Assembly (NCBI GenBank): GCA_000091205.1
Contig: AP006493.2
Strand: one strand, 5' to 3'
DNA from: Cyanidioschyzon merolae
Taxonomy: Eukaryota
DNA length: 64,000 nt
Shown: positions 23,259-35,541 of the stretch, one piece after another
Position numbering within the stretch: position 1 is the first letter of the stretch
Layout: each line of letters begins with the position of its first letter
Position numbers and translations under genes: made by a program
Notes under the pieces: generated by a model
The model's input: the letters and a program-made list of their open reading frames with translations, nothing else
Told to the model about the DNA's origin: nothing
Database searches by the model: none

Positions 23259-23890
23259 GCGCCGCCGTCACGCCTGCACTTGCACGTGCAAGCGAAAGCG
23301 GTTTGCGCGAGTGAATGTGCCGCAAGGAGCCCGACCAATCTAGACGAGTTCATTTGCGCTGTCTTTGGATCGAAAAAGCGAAATGAGGAAACCGCGAAAA
23401 GCATGCGCAGATCCGCATTCGCAACAGGAAAGCGACGTCCTCGCGAGAACATGGTGTGGTTCCTGCTGGTCCGTAGACAGGGCAGTACGCTAGACCCTTG
23501 CTGGGAGGAAAGCGATGAATGTCGACGTCGAAATCGTTGTCCACGCGCGCTATCTAAGCACAAGCGCAACAAGTTCCACGCTTTGGCAGGCGTCACCCAT
23601 AGCAACTTGCGCCAGCGCAAGAGGCGATGTTACCCTTCTGTCCCCGTCGTCGGGTACGCGAGGGCATAACAAAGTTACCGAGGTGTATTTGTCCAGTCGT
23701 ATGCAAAGCATGTAAACTGCAGATACGATTGATGCTGTAAATTTGCTTGGAGCCGTGATCGAAGTTACCCAGCTGCTTGGCTCTCGAACAAGGAACCCTT
23801 GCATTCCGATGGAGTCAGCACGTTCCCAGGCCAGCGCTGGGCCTGCTAAAAGCGCCAGCATGCTCGAGCGACGCCTTCAAGAGTGCACAC

Positions 23891-24937
23891 TCACAGTCCC
23901 TGCTCGTCGTTCGATGAACTGCTGCTCGCCGAATGACTACTGACTCCAGAGCATTCCTCAGCATCCGATCCGGATATGGACGCATTCCAGTCGGAGCTTT
24001 GAGCTGACATGGCATCAGCATCGTCGTCGTCGTCGTCGTCGTCGTCCTCAGCTGCAAAAGCACCCAACGCGACTGATGCGTCTGCCTCAGGGCCATTGGT
24101 AAGGCTTTGAAGCGCAAGCGCCCGTTCAGCCATCCACAAGTCAGCGGGATTCGCTGGCTTCGCCAGCGGCCCTTGAGCTCGCACTTCGAAAAATGCGACG
24201 ATGCTCCGCTCGACGACAATGATGCGCGCGGAGCTCGGCTCCGCTGCCTCTGCTAGGTGTCGCATCTGCGCAGCCGTCCACACGGGTGCGCTAAAAGGCA
24301 GAACAACTGCCCGAAAGAGCGGCACACCAGGCATGCTGCGCTTGAAGTTGCCCGGTGGCCACACATCGTAGTGGAAGGGGACGCGATCCCCTTGAAAAGC
24401 TGATGCGAATGGAGCCCCAACAATGGCGGCAGCGCGTGTATCTGATAGACTTCGTCGCACATGATATCCCAGACGGCGCAGGTACGCATACGCGTAGTAG
24501 TGCTCCAGCGGGATGCGTTCATAGAGCAAGAGCGCAAAACATCGCTCCACGGAAGTCGCGATGCCGTCAACCAGTAGATCCGCAGAACTGCGATCCACCA
24601 GAAACACAGCCTCCTCGGGGTAGAGCCAGTGTTCAGGACCCCGCACAATACCCAGTGACTGGAAGATCTTACCTCGCGGCTGGCGAACGAGGGCCATATG
24701 GTGAGCAGGGCTCCACTCCAGCACCGCCAGATGTTTCGTCGAAACCGTTTTGGGTGCTCCTGCAAAACGGAAAATCTCATAACGTCGACGGTTAAGTCGC
24801 TTTCGCTGACTAGAGCTCAGCTCAGCGGTATTAATGGGAGCCTGAGCTTCATCTTTCACGCCACGACGGGGCAAACCGCGTTTGAACTGCCACCACAGAA
24901 CGGCGGTGTCTTCAGCGCCACCCCGCTGATTTCGCAT
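23891..24937 (-). CDS. SEN54: tRNA-splicing endonuclease subunit Sen54-like protein
   Basis: LGIVRGPEHWLYPEEAVFLVDRSS matches the conserved Sen54 motif (GIVKG..WLFPEEALYLVERGS). The gene includes a D-run encoded by a (TCG)n repeat at 24021..24046. Confidence 0.6.
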   Translation of the reverse strand: MRNQRGGAEDTAVLWWQFKRGLPRRGVKDEAQAPINTAELSSSQRKRLNRRRYEIFRFAGAPKTVSTKHLAVLEWSPAHHMALVRQPRGKIFQSLGIVRGPEHWLYPEEAVFLVDRSSADLLVDGIATSVERCFALLLYERIPLEHYYAYAYLRRLGYHVRRSLSDTRAAAIVGAPFASAFQGDRVPFHYDVWPPGNFKRSMPGVPLFRAVVLPFSAPVWTAAQMRHLAEAAEPSSARIIVVERSIVAFFEVRAQGPLAKPANPADLWMAERALALQSLTNGPEADASVALGAFAAEDDDDDDDDDADAMSAQSSDWNASISGSDAEECSGVSSHSASSSSSNDEQGL

Positions 24938-26852
24938 TTATCTAACCTGAACCCGAGACCCCTCCAAGTTAAAGAGCGTCTCGACTGATGACTTTAAAGA
25001 ACTCGGCGAACCCTGAACCAGAGCAGACCGGAACTCGTAAAATCGATCGTTTTTGTTGCCGCCCTGCAACCGGGCCAGATGGAAACGTGATATTGAGCTG
25101 GTTGCCCGGTTCCTGCCATCCGATTTCTTTCCGAACTTTTTTTCGTAGATACACGGCCTCGATATTCCAATTCAGCACTAGGGGTTTACGAATCAATATG
25201 CAGGTTTTGAACTGGCGGTCGTGTTGTTGGGGTGGCTCCGTCTACTCTTTGCGGATGGAGTGCGTTAGACCACCGGCATCAGGATGATTCGCGAAGCATT
25301 CGAGCTGCGGTTCCTGAAATAACCGATACCATTATCCCGTTTACATGAACAGGCACCCAGTCTTCTCCATTTGTTCCGTTTACCATGCTCGAATCCCGTT
25401 TGTTTCAAGTTTTCGATCTTTCGCTTCCAAGGCAACTCAAGGGCGCAGCAGTATGCCCTGCAGCATTGACGAGGAAAAAACTCGACGAATTCCCTGGACG
25501 ACATCTGCTAAGGCTTATGCCAAAAGTTCGCTGAACTTTAAATCCTAAGAATCTATATAGGTTGATACACAAACCACTCTCGCTTTGTGTTCATCCATGA
25601 AACGTCATTCAACAGCCACAGGATAACGCTTACGAAACATATTTGGAGAGGCTCCCGTCTCTCCTGTGTGCATGGAGAAGCGTATCGGATACGGAATTGA
25701 GTCGTTACACCGACCGGCCAGTAGTGGAGCGCCCATCACCGCTATGCATGAAAGGAACTAAGACGGACGACAAATTCTCAACTTGTTCTCCAGCCTGGAT
25801 TATCCTTCCAGTATTTTTTATCATCAAGGACCAGCTCGTGCTCAACAAATCCTCTATCGAATGCGACCGCGCGCGCTTAGGTGAATAGCGGACAACATAC
25901 TCGGTGTAGGGATCGCGCAGAAGAGACTCGTTGTCATGATGCACGACGCCGACCGCGGAACCGCAGGAGGTTTTTCATGGGAGTCGTCTGTGGCCGTCAA
26001 TGGCATGTACCTGGCGACAATGAAAGCGCTCACACACCACAGGGTCAGTCTCGGAGGAGGAGGCGTAGGTGCGGTAGACCGACGAAAAAGTTTTGGACGC
26101 AGTCAGCTGGACCGCTGCAAAATGCTCACCGCGGCCGTAAACAAAGAGGACGAACATGGCAACCGAACAGGAGATCGCAACTTCCCCAAACGCATGAAAT
26201 GTATCAACAGCAGCCGGAAGCAGCGAAATAGGGACTTGCACGCTCCCGTCAAGAAGCTTCGATCTCTGACATCAGCGCAAGACGAAAAACAGAAACGGGC
26301 GTGGGTAAAACCGGAGATTAGAGAGAGAAGAGGCAACAGTCGCATCACAAGTCCGCCAAGGCAGATGTTGACACCAGCGGGAGGCGCCTCAAACCTCATT
26401 CTATCTGCCTGCGTTTCTGGACGAATTCCATTTGACGCTGACCTGGTTATAGTCCCTGCGTGCTCGACGATGCTGGGCTTTGCTTACGCGCTGGTGAGAA
26501 TGCGCGCTCTTTTCGAAGTTTGAATATCCAGAACGCAGGAAACTTGGCTGGATGCTACTTGAGAATGTCTGCTGTGGGAAAGCCGGGAATCCACCGAAGC
26601 AGCAGGCAACATTTGTGGCGCATTCACACCTCTGCACCCCAAAGGCAATAATATGTGTATTTACGCTACGGCCGATGTAGAACTGTTTTCTTGCAAATGC
26701 GTCGCAATCTCTGAATCGTTCAACGCCTCAGCTTTCTGTAGCTTGACTTCCCAAACACCATTCCAGTCGTCGAGTGCGCGGGCGCTCGCCACTACTCCAT
26801 GCACAATACAGACCTGCTACTGTCTCGCAGCGTACACTGCACTGCCCTGGGA

Positions 26853-28421
26853 TCAGGTATCCTCGCGTTGGTCTAGTTGCGCAAGCAGCCTATCCATGCA
26901 GACGCTAGTCCAGGCAACGAAACGGTCTCGTTCATGCTTACGGGCGGGAACGATCGCCGCATCCGCCGTCTCGCCCGAGTTTGTGGCGTTCGCAGCACCA
27001 GCGGCTGCCGCTGCCACAGCAGTCGAACGAGTTGCCAGCGAATCGACCAGCTCGAAGGATTCCCCATAGGGTTTCGACTCCAAGGAAAAGCGTGGCGCAA
27101 CCCGCGGTGCATGACGCGTACCACCGGTAGACCACTGGCGTTTCTTTTCGTTCACGTAGACATCTCGCTGCCAGAGCCACCGGGGCACGGCACCGTCGGA
27201 TGGCGGGATACGAGTCACCAAGTAGACGGTTTCGCTGCGGTGCGCTTTCTGGCCCCGAAACTCGGCAACAACGGCGTTACTGTTCAGATGAATCAACCCG
27301 ACGCTACCATTTTCGTTACCGTAGGCAAGTATGGAGCCATCCTCGACGAGAGCCAGTGTGCGAATAGCCCGCTTTTCTGGCACATCCCGCTCGGTGAAGC
27401 CACGAAGCCACGAGGTCGATGTGGTGGCACTATGCCCGTCGCTCTCGAGATTGACTAGCGGTTTCTTGATCAGCAGCGTGCGCGTTGAATCAAGACTCAA
27501 AGACGGCAAACAAATGCGGAGCACATCGCCGGTAATGTGACCCACGTACGCGGCCCTCTCGAAAACGTCATCCACCACCAGGCTAGTTCCTTGCATACTC
27601 AGATGGATGTTCGCCAGCTGCATGCCGGTGGGAAAGTCGAGAATCCGCAATGTCCTGTCTCGCCCGAGGCTATATATTCGGGCGGTATGCAGTTGCCAGG
27701 CAGCGCCCAGATGGAGCGCAACTACTGCACCAGCATGTACCGCAGGGAAACGGCGCCATGGTTGGTGCGTCTGCCCCGCAAACAGCTCCGATGTCGCCCA
27801 AACCGTGATACTCCCGTCTTCGCCTCCAGTTACAAGGAACGCATCATCTAGAGTGAACACCAGCGTTGTCACCGCGAGAAGCTGCAGCTCCCAAGCGGCA
27901 GCCGACTGATGCCCGGTTTCAGTGTTTGCGGCGGCACTGCTTGGTCCCGATCCCGCACTGGGCGCAAGCAGGACTCCAGTGTGCAGGTCCCACAGGTACC
28001 CGAGACCCTGCGCTGTGCCCGCAGCTAGAAAGTGGCCTCCGTGGGAACACGCCAGGGCCGTTAGGTTCTCGCCCAGCGTCACCTGGGCGACTTCCGAGTC
28101 GCGCTCTAGCGTGAAAAATTTAATGCAGCTCTTATGGAGACCGGTGTTCACTCCAAACACATATCGATCCCAGGTAGCAGGCGACGCAAGCACAGGGCAA
28201 AATGTTTGAGCACGTAACGAGCCCGACACCTCAGGGGCCGCAGCGCGTCCTATACCTAGTCGCTGAGCGCCTGTTGGCCGAGTGAGCTGCAGCTCGCGTC
28301 GCACGACTCGCTCTCGCGTGTTCCAGAGGAGTGCCCTGCCGGACGATCCGTCCTCAGAAACGGATACGGAGAGTACATCAGAACCTAAATAGGCACTCAT
28401 CCATGGTTTTCTCAGTGCCAA
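26853..28421 (-). CDS. WD40 repeat protein
   Basis: Several WD-like units: HGGHFLAAGTAQGLGYLWDL, AFLVTGGEDGSITVWA, ILAYGNENGSVGLIHL. The specific orthologue is not resolved. Confidence 0.55.
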   Translation of the reverse strand: MALRKPWMSAYLGSDVLSVSVSEDGSSGRALLWNTRERVVRRELQLTRPTGAQRLGIGRAAAPEVSGSLRAQTFCPVLASPATWDRYVFGVNTGLHKSCIKFFTLERDSEVAQVTLGENLTALACSHGGHFLAAGTAQGLGYLWDLHTGVLLAPSAGSGPSSAAANTETGHQSAAAWELQLLAVTTLVFTLDDAFLVTGGEDGSITVWATSELFAGQTHQPWRRFPAVHAGAVVALHLGAAWQLHTARIYSLGRDRTLRILDFPTGMQLANIHLSMQGTSLVVDDVFERAAYVGHITGDVLRICLPSLSLDSTRTLLIKKPLVNLESDGHSATTSTSWLRGFTERDVPEKRAIRTLALVEDGSILAYGNENGSVGLIHLNSNAVVAEFRGQKAHRSETVYLVTRIPPSDGAVPRWLWQRDVYVNEKKRQWSTGGTRHAPRVAPRFSLESKPYGESFELVDSLATRSTAVAAAAAGAANATNSGETADAAIVPARKHERDRFVAWTSVCMDRLLAQLDQREDT

Positions 28422-30292
28422 TAGAAGCTGGGCCTTTTCAGGACAACGCCTCGCCCCCGGCTATTGACCGCTGGGGGCGTAGATTGTATCGGTGAGCGTC
28501 GCCGCAGCCGCCGGCCTCACGATGGCATCCGACCGTCGCAGTCTTGGCATGATGCCTTGGAAAAGCGACCGCTGGCTGCTGTCTGCAGGACGAACAGACC
28601 AGCGCATTCTGACAGACGCTTCGACGTTGGAGACGCTTCAGTCACGAATTTTCCCTGGGAATAGAGGCTATGTGTCGAGCAATCGCCAGTGTACCGAGTC
28701 GGCCTTGCGCGCTGCGCCCGTGTCAGGGATGCATGGAACACCGAAATGCATGCGCTGTTCCCGCCTTGCGATTCATTATACGAACGATTGTCGAAATGCA
28801 CCGTCGGTATTCCGTGATACAGCAACAAGGGCTTATGGAACGATACGTAGGTTTGGGAATTTGAGTCTTTTTTGTCCGAGCGGCTTCTTCGACTCGTTGG
28901 GGCTGAAATGCGTTACGTCACCGAAATAAAAGGGATTCGCGGCGCATTCGAAAGAACGTTCGTAAATAATCAATACCGATATTCATTTCTCTATGTGGAA
29001 TTCTCTACATTTCTGCTCTTTTCACGTCTGGCATGCCCAAATGACGCATGCGTACGCTGTTTGATCTTTCTTTTTCGAAGCATCTCGTTGATGCAGCAAC
29101 GTGCACCGCTAGATTGTTAACGAAAGAAACTTGACTTCGTTTCCTGGCGGCTTGTCCACAAAATCGATGCAGTAGCTTCACTGAATTCGTCACGAAATAA
29201 ACATCGATTTCGTTCGAAAGACGAGGTCTCCACTATTTCTGACCATCCACCAAGGACATTCGATAGCAGGAGCATGATACCTCTCGAGGCACGTGCACGC
29301 AGAGGCTGCCTTGTTTTCTGTTTTCACGGAAACTTGTCCTGGACTTGGACTTGAATGATCACAGCGATCACTTTCAGTGGAGCATATATGACTAGTCTGT
29401 ACTACGTGAGCCTAGACATATCAAATTCTCTCGACTTGGTCCCCTTCATGGATTTTAGCCTCTGGTACATGTTTCGTCATGGGTGACATCGGGTTTCACA
29501 TATTCTTGTCTATTCGTAAAAACAGCAGGGAACAGAAGGCGGATCAAGTTATGCATTTGAAGAAACGCTTCATCGTTCATTCCGTCTAAGACCGTCTTCT
29601 CGACCGTGAAGAACAGGCTCAGGGAAGCAAAACCAATATTTGGACAACTCAGATTGTCCTTGAAACGAACATGTGGAAAGTGCTTCCGGTGCGTAAACTT
29701 ACCACTAAACAGCGAGGATGGGGAAGAACAACAGAACGGACCGCTAGTTGGTGACTTGTTCATCGATGCTGTCCATCGCCCGCAGCACGAGATAAAACGG
29801 GGCATCATTCACGTCTATTCGGAAGTTCACTTGAGCGGTATAAGATCCCGCGCGCCGAGATTGAGATCTTTTCAGAGAAAAATGTACCCGCCAACCCGAG
29901 CGACGAATCCAACCGCATGCCAGATGCGGCAATGACAGGAACGTCCGGTTCCCTTCTGCTCTGCATAGCATTGCGATCCTGGGAGCCGAATGGCGATACA
30001 AGCGCGCTCCATCGGGCGCCATTGACGGGTACTAACCTACAAGTCACTTGCAGCCTTTCGAGAAAAGATAACGAATTATCAGTACATTAACGAAGAAGGG
30101 ACACCAATAGAGGACTCTACAATAGCGAAAGAGGCCCAACGGGATACAGAAGAAAAGACACAATGGCATCATGATCCACATGCCAGAAGAGTAACCAGAG
30201 AAAGTAGCTCAGGAAAGAGCCCGAAGAAGAAGAAGACCAACAAGAGAAAACAGAAGAATAGAGAGAAGAACTCCCAAACGGGCCCATCACAA

Positions 30293-31575
30293 GTGATCCC
30301 CAGAAAGAGCACCCAAGTGGGAACTCAAGAAAGCTGCCACCAAACCCAGTCACCTACTCACAGCGCTGTAGATCCGAAAAGCCGTGCATACAAATCTTTA
30401 GACCAATTGGCACGCGAGTTTGTAGCTGGGAATCAGAAGATCGCCAGAGAACTGGGACGGCTGGCACCAGAACGCAACAGTTGCAAAGCGCAGAACCTGA
30501 AACGACGTACCAAAACTCGGATTGATGGATGCTACCGACTCAACAAGATCGTCAACCGCACCGCCATACGTGCCAACGCCGGAGACAAGGAAGCGAAGGC
30601 AGCGCTACCGGCGCTATTGCGGGCGATCAGGGCAGGCGCTCGGTGCACGATTTTACGTATGAAACGACCAGAATATCCGAGAAGAAGTATGGGTAATGTA
30701 ACTTGGAGGTGGGCGGTTTGATGGATACTTCACCGCACACTAACAAAAAAGAAAAGAAAAATGCGCATAATCGGAGAACGATGGCCTAAGTAAACGTTTT
30801 GTCAATGAAAACAAAATCGCAATACCCAAGCGTGCGGAAGATGGTAACGACTGTAACTTACGTCAGAAGGACATGCGTCTGTTGAGGTCCTGGAGAGCAA
30901 GATACTATCGAGAATCGGGAATAATGAATGCGAGGACAAAAATCGAGATATGGAATGCAGGAATGAAGGATCACCCCTGGAAGCTAGGAGCGAGGTGACG
31001 AGCCTAGGAGCGGACCTTCAAGCTTTTCGGAAGTTTCATGGAAGTTAGCGTTGTTCATTGGGAGGCGCTGTGGAATGAATATACAAAGCCCCGGTGGGCT
31101 CGTCTGCGTATGAATCTATATTGTGGGAAGCGGCGTGCATTTGACAACTTTTTTAGTTCGTTGAGCGCCTTGAAGGAGAATGAAAATCAGAGGCTCGTAA
31201 TTGCGTATGGAGCAGGGCGCTGGAAGACCCAATAAGGGATTACGCCAGCTCCAACGATGAGAACGTACACGGAGTGTGCACGTCGTTTTGTTACGATACC
31301 TGTAGAAGAGTTCCGAACGTCCTAGACACACCATAATCTGGGGTGTACGCTCCAGCGGGTTGAGATGAAAAAGCGCCAGCGGAGCTCTGAGGATATAAAA
31401 AAGTACGGAGCACTGACGGAAGAGCAAATGGAAAGGAAAGCGAAATTTCGAGGATTGCTTGCATGAGTAAGTACAACGAATGATGGCAAGAAACGTATGG
31501 AGTTTGTGAACCGGGACTTGAATGCCGCGATCAGTGTGCGGAGATATGCGTTGATGGAGACGAGGTCTACAGAGT
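30293..31575 (+). mobile_element. Decayed TnpB/Fanzor-like element, copy 2 (pseudogene with stops and frameshifts)
   Basis: Segments on the + strand in shifting frames: ...RWARLRMNLYCGKRRAFDNFFSSL...ENQRLVIAYGAGRW, then ...RRFVTIPVEEFRTS (the TnpB V.VdEyrTSk motif), then MEFVNRDLNAAISVRRYAL at 31497..31540 (RuvC-III). It is about 70-80% identical at DNA level to the motif regions at 22350 and 43228. Sits in a low-GC island. Confidence 0.5.
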
Positions 31576-32008
31576 AGACAAGAGTGAATTTTCTTGGACA
31601 ACCACGCAAAGTGGATTTATATTGGAAAAAGTTGGAAGTATTAGATGGCCGCTCGAGAACACCTGGAAGGCACCTGCACGTCAGCTGTAGACGTCTTGTC
31701 TAGGGCGGTTTACTCGCCACTACTGTGCACTGCCGGCGGCATCGTTTTTCTTTTCAAGGGCGTTCGGTTTCGGAGGTGATGAACTTTTCGTGTTCCGGAA
31801 CAAAAGCACTAAAACGTTGCCGTTCCCGGAGCTGGGGTATTTGCTTAGTCGTTTTCAACTTTTCCGTGTAGACGACTGAGGTATTACGCGTTATACTGGG
31901 CTGCAGAGGGGAGCACAAAAGCTCCGCAAGCAAACTCGAAGGTATTTTAGGTAGCCTGATCGAAACGCAGAAGCGCTGGTCCGTAACTTCCCGGGTACGA
32001 AAGGAAAC

Positions 32009-35000
32009 TTGCAGCGTATTTCGAGAATAGCAAGCGCTCCGCGTCCGCAGGACATGGCTGGTCGTGCGGGAAGTAACTCGCGTTCAAACTTCAACGGGGA
32101 ACCAGCTGAGCGGTCGCGCCGAACGTCGGCCCGAGGGTACCGCACCACGCTGGACTACGGCGGCGGTGACTGGACCGCACCCGGTCACGCGCCTGATCGC
32201 GACACGAGCCAGAGCCAGGAACCCAGTGTTGAACAAGTTTCAGAGCACGAAGTACACGCCGACGTTATGGCTTCCAGCACTGCTTCCGAAGGTAGCTGCT
32301 CTGCGGAGCAGCGAGAGTTTCTAACCGTAGAAAGTTACCGACAGCAGAAGAACGGGGAGCAAAAACCTGCTTCTGACTCTGGCTGGAATAGAAACGATGA
32401 AACAACGGAGAGAGCATCCAGAGATACGCAATCCGGAGACGCATCTGGCATGAGCGTTACAGCGGGCGGCGCTGTGGCCTCCGTTTCGTCGTCACGGAGC
32501 TCAACGGAGGCGTCGACGCCGAGGTGGCTGCATCTATCAAGGCCGCCTTCGTCTGCGGGTAAGAGTTCTGCGGAATTCTCGGAGCCAAGTGGAGCGGCTC
32601 GGGAGCGTGCGCTCCGCCGTCGACGCGAGTGGAAGCGCCTGGCGTGGCGCCGAGAGGCCATGGAAATGAACCTTCTCGAAGAGCAGTTCAATAGATACTG
32701 TGAGCGGATCCTGAGTGCCCGCGGCTTTTCTCGATCCGAAAGGGGCGCTGCAAGTATGCTCCCCGAATCCATAGCGCTCGCCGAACTGGCAAAGCGCTAC
32801 CAGCGACGTGCCTCGACTGGGCAGCGCCTGCAGGGACTATCACCAGCCGAGATTCGAGAACGCCGCAATGCACAAAAGCGGGAAAGCAAGCAAAGGATCC
32901 AACGATATCGAGAGGAGCGGGCTAGTTTGCTCCGCAGGTTCATCAGTGCATTCAAAATGGAGTTGGGTGAACTGGACGACGACAACGACAACGACAACGA
33001 CGAGATGCCTACCGAAACTGGCGAGCACGGGCGAAGTGCCGACTCCGCATACGGTGTGCATCGCGGCGATCTCTCCATAGCAAGTACCCAAGAGCGGCCA
33101 TTCTCGGAGTATGCCATCGCGGACGCAATGCGCTCGAACGCGAACCATGTCCGTCAGAAAACACGACTGCAGGCAGGTAGCCGATCCACGGCGGAGGCGC
33201 TTCAAGATATGTCAAGTTTTATTGCAGAATATCGGAAGGATGCTCTCGAGGATATGCTATTCGGTAGTCGGCCCCGGAGCGATGCTGCGAATATGGCGAT
33301 CGCAGAGCTTGATGGAAACCTGATGCTGAACCAGCAGCTCATTGGTGATGATGATACTGGCCAGCAGCTGCGAGAAGCGAATCAGATTGTCTCGGAATTA
33401 CTCGCAGAAATGGATGCAAACGGCCCACTGGTGTCGGCCTGGGATCTGAGCTTGTTGAAAACTTCGGGCATGAACACGATCATGGTTCAGAGCCCGAGCA
33501 TGGGTCGGCTTCTTGTCGGCATACAGGTGTTCCAGGGGCTCTTCACGAGCGAGCGAGCAGCCAGGGTTCTGGGGATATCGGCGACTGTCGCGCGCAACGC
33601 GCTCGAACGCCTGCACAACAATGGTTTGCTGTTGGCGATCCCGCGGACAGCGCAGCTGAGTAACGAATACGCCTATCTGGTGCCGGAGCACGTACGTCGC
33701 ATCCCGCCTCACGTTATCCTGCAACTGGCGACAGAACGCCCAACGCACAAGATGGTAACCCTAGTTGACCTGGATTCGCATTCGGTTGCTTCGGAATCCA
33801 TGATGATCGAGGCCAAACAGATCCTCTACCGCGTAGAACATAATTTTGTGCAAGAACTAAGAGAACGTCTCAGTCGCTTGCAGTTGGAGTCTCGCTCGGA
33901 TCAACCGGATGTCTGGGATCGGATTCGGATCTACTTCGACGAGCTCAAGGATGACTTTTTCTACGCCATAGAGGTTGCGCGCAACCATTACGGCATCGTT
34001 GGCGTTTCCGACTTTGTCGCCAGCTTCTCATACCCGATTCGGTACTTACTGAAAGCCGAAGCTCGTACCGGCATCTTCAGGGACATTTACGAGCGATTTG
34101 AGCCAGCGCTGCGCAGCTACTTGACATCACTGAACAGATTGGGACATAACTTGTCACTATGGACAAGAGATGTCGGCACGTCCGCTGGCGACGTCGTCGC
34201 GCTGCAGCGCCAGGTCGAGCACGGCCCGAGCGTGGCCGACTGGCATCGTCTCTACCCGACCTGTCTAGGGAATGAGCATGCAAGCGACGATGCGCTTAGC
34301 TCAGCGTTGCTCCTGGGCGGTACAGTAACGTCGGCGGCGATGCCTTCCCCGCTGGCGGAAGATGCACCCTGTGACTCGCTGACCTTGAGCTTTCCCGACG
34401 AAATCGAGCACGCTATCCTATCCGGTCTGTGTCTGTCTCGAGCTTGCATCGACTCACTCGATTACGAAGAAGCCGAGCGAATCCTGGAACAGTTACTGGA
34501 GGTATGCACGCGGCATTCTCCGATCATTATCCCGAAGAGTCAAAGCGCCAGCAGCAGCGCCCCGAGCAGTACGGCAGTGGCGCCGCTGGGCCCGCGCAGT
34601 TTCTTTCCACATCAAGAAGTCCACCTGTTGATGCATCCAACGATTCATGTGGCAATTCTGGAAAACCTGGGTCGTTCGCATGCGCTGCGGGGTCGAACGA
34701 AAGCCGCTTGTCGCTGCCTGGCGCAGACGCTGGCACTGCGTCGGCAACTGGGCCAAGAGCAATCCATCCCCTATGCGTTGACGCTGATCTCGTTCGGCGA
34801 CTCCTTGATCCGTGAACACCAACTCGAAACAGCGCGTACAGTCTTCGAAGAGGCGCTCTCTATCTTCGATCGCTTCGTACACCGATATGCAGAGCGTTTT
34901 GAGCTTTCCTCCAGAGCCGAAGCGCTCTACTACCTCGCGCTCCTGCACTTTGTGGCCGGCGATGAGCGCAAAGCCATTGAGTTGTTGAACGTGGCCCTAG

Positions 35001-35293
35001 AAGTGCTTGATGCTCGACATAGCAGTAACTTTATCTGCTGTAGTCCGCGCACCGTGCTCACACTCGAGACCATGATTTACAAACTGCTCGCCCAGATCTA
35101 CATCGCTGCCGGGCGACGCGATCGGGCGCTCGTGCTGCTGCAGAACGCACTGAACCTAATTGCTTCCACGTATGCCAGAGGCATCGAAACCGGTATTCAC
35201 GGAGGCAGCCAGTCGCAGGATGAGCGAGCGACCCGAGATCTCGTCGACGTCCTGAGTCAGCTGAGCGTCGACGCGGAATCGAATGCACGTTAA
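32009..35293 (+). CDS. Large TPR-repeat protein (1094 aa) with a low-complexity N-terminus
   Basis: Long uninterrupted ORF. The C-terminal third has TPR-like helical repeats (LGRSHALRGRTKAACRCLAQTLALRRQLG..., AEALYYLALLHFVAGDERKAIELLNVALEV). The N-terminal region is S/R/E-rich. Which Met is the start is uncertain. Confidence 0.5.
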   Translation: MQRISRIASAPRPQDMAGRAGSNSRSNFNGEPAERSRRTSARGYRTTLDYGGGDWTAPGHAPDRDTSQSQEPSVEQVSEHEVHADVMASSTASEGSCSAEQREFLTVESYRQQKNGEQKPASDSGWNRNDETTERASRDTQSGDASGMSVTAGGAVASVSSSRSSTEASTPRWLHLSRPPSSAGKSSAEFSEPSGAARERALRRRREWKRLAWRREAMEMNLLEEQFNRYCERILSARGFSRSERGAASMLPESIALAELAKRYQRRASTGQRLQGLSPAEIRERRNAQKRESKQRIQRYREERASLLRRFISAFKMELGELDDDNDNDNDEMPTETGEHGRSADSAYGVHRGDLSIASTQERPFSEYAIADAMRSNANHVRQKTRLQAGSRSTAEALQDMSSFIAEYRKDALEDMLFGSRPRSDAANMAIAELDGNLMLNQQLIGDDDTGQQLREANQIVSELLAEMDANGPLVSAWDLSLLKTSGMNTIMVQSPSMGRLLVGIQVFQGLFTSERAARVLGISATVARNALERLHNNGLLLAIPRTAQLSNEYAYLVPEHVRRIPPHVILQLATERPTHKMVTLVDLDSHSVASESMMIEAKQILYRVEHNFVQELRERLSRLQLESRSDQPDVWDRIRIYFDELKDDFFYAIEVARNHYGIVGVSDFVASFSYPIRYLLKAEARTGIFRDIYERFEPALRSYLTSLNRLGHNLSLWTRDVGTSAGDVVALQRQVEHGPSVADWHRLYPTCLGNEHASDDALSSALLLGGTVTSAAMPSPLAEDAPCDSLTLSFPDEIEHAILSGLCLSRACIDSLDYEEAERILEQLLEVCTRHSPIIIPKSQSASSSAPSSTAVAPLGPRSFFPHQEVHLLMHPTIHVAILENLGRSHALRGRTKAACRCLAQTLALRRQLGQEQSIPYALTLISFGDSLIREHQLETARTVFEEALSIFDRFVHRYAERFELSSRAEALYYLALLHFVAGDERKAIELLNVALEVLDARHSSNFICCSPRTVLTLETMIYKLLAQIYIAAGRRDRALVLLQNALNLIASTYARGIETGIHGGSQSQDERATRDLVDVLSQLSVDAESNAR

Positions 35294-35541
35294 AGAGACC
35301 GCGCATCTGAGAAAAGCTTTGTAAACGACGCACTGTTTTGTGACCTGTATACTGGGCGTCTCTGTTGCATGGTCGCCTTGCCCCGTGCAGGCGCAATGCC
35401 CAGTGCTCCAGCGGGTGGTGGAGGTGGTGGTGATGATGGTGATGGAGCGCGCTTTGCAAGCGCCGCACCAGGCAGCATGCGCATTCTGCGCCTTGTAGCT
35501 GACTGGCAGCTAGCGTCTCGCAAAGCAGGCGTGCCGCTCAG

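Noticed and set aside
31471-31506. GTAAGT at 31471 followed by AG 36 nt later as an intron within Fanzor-like copy 2
   Set aside because: It is too short and has no branch motif. The surrounding reading frame already contains stops, so the locus is better explained as a pseudogene.
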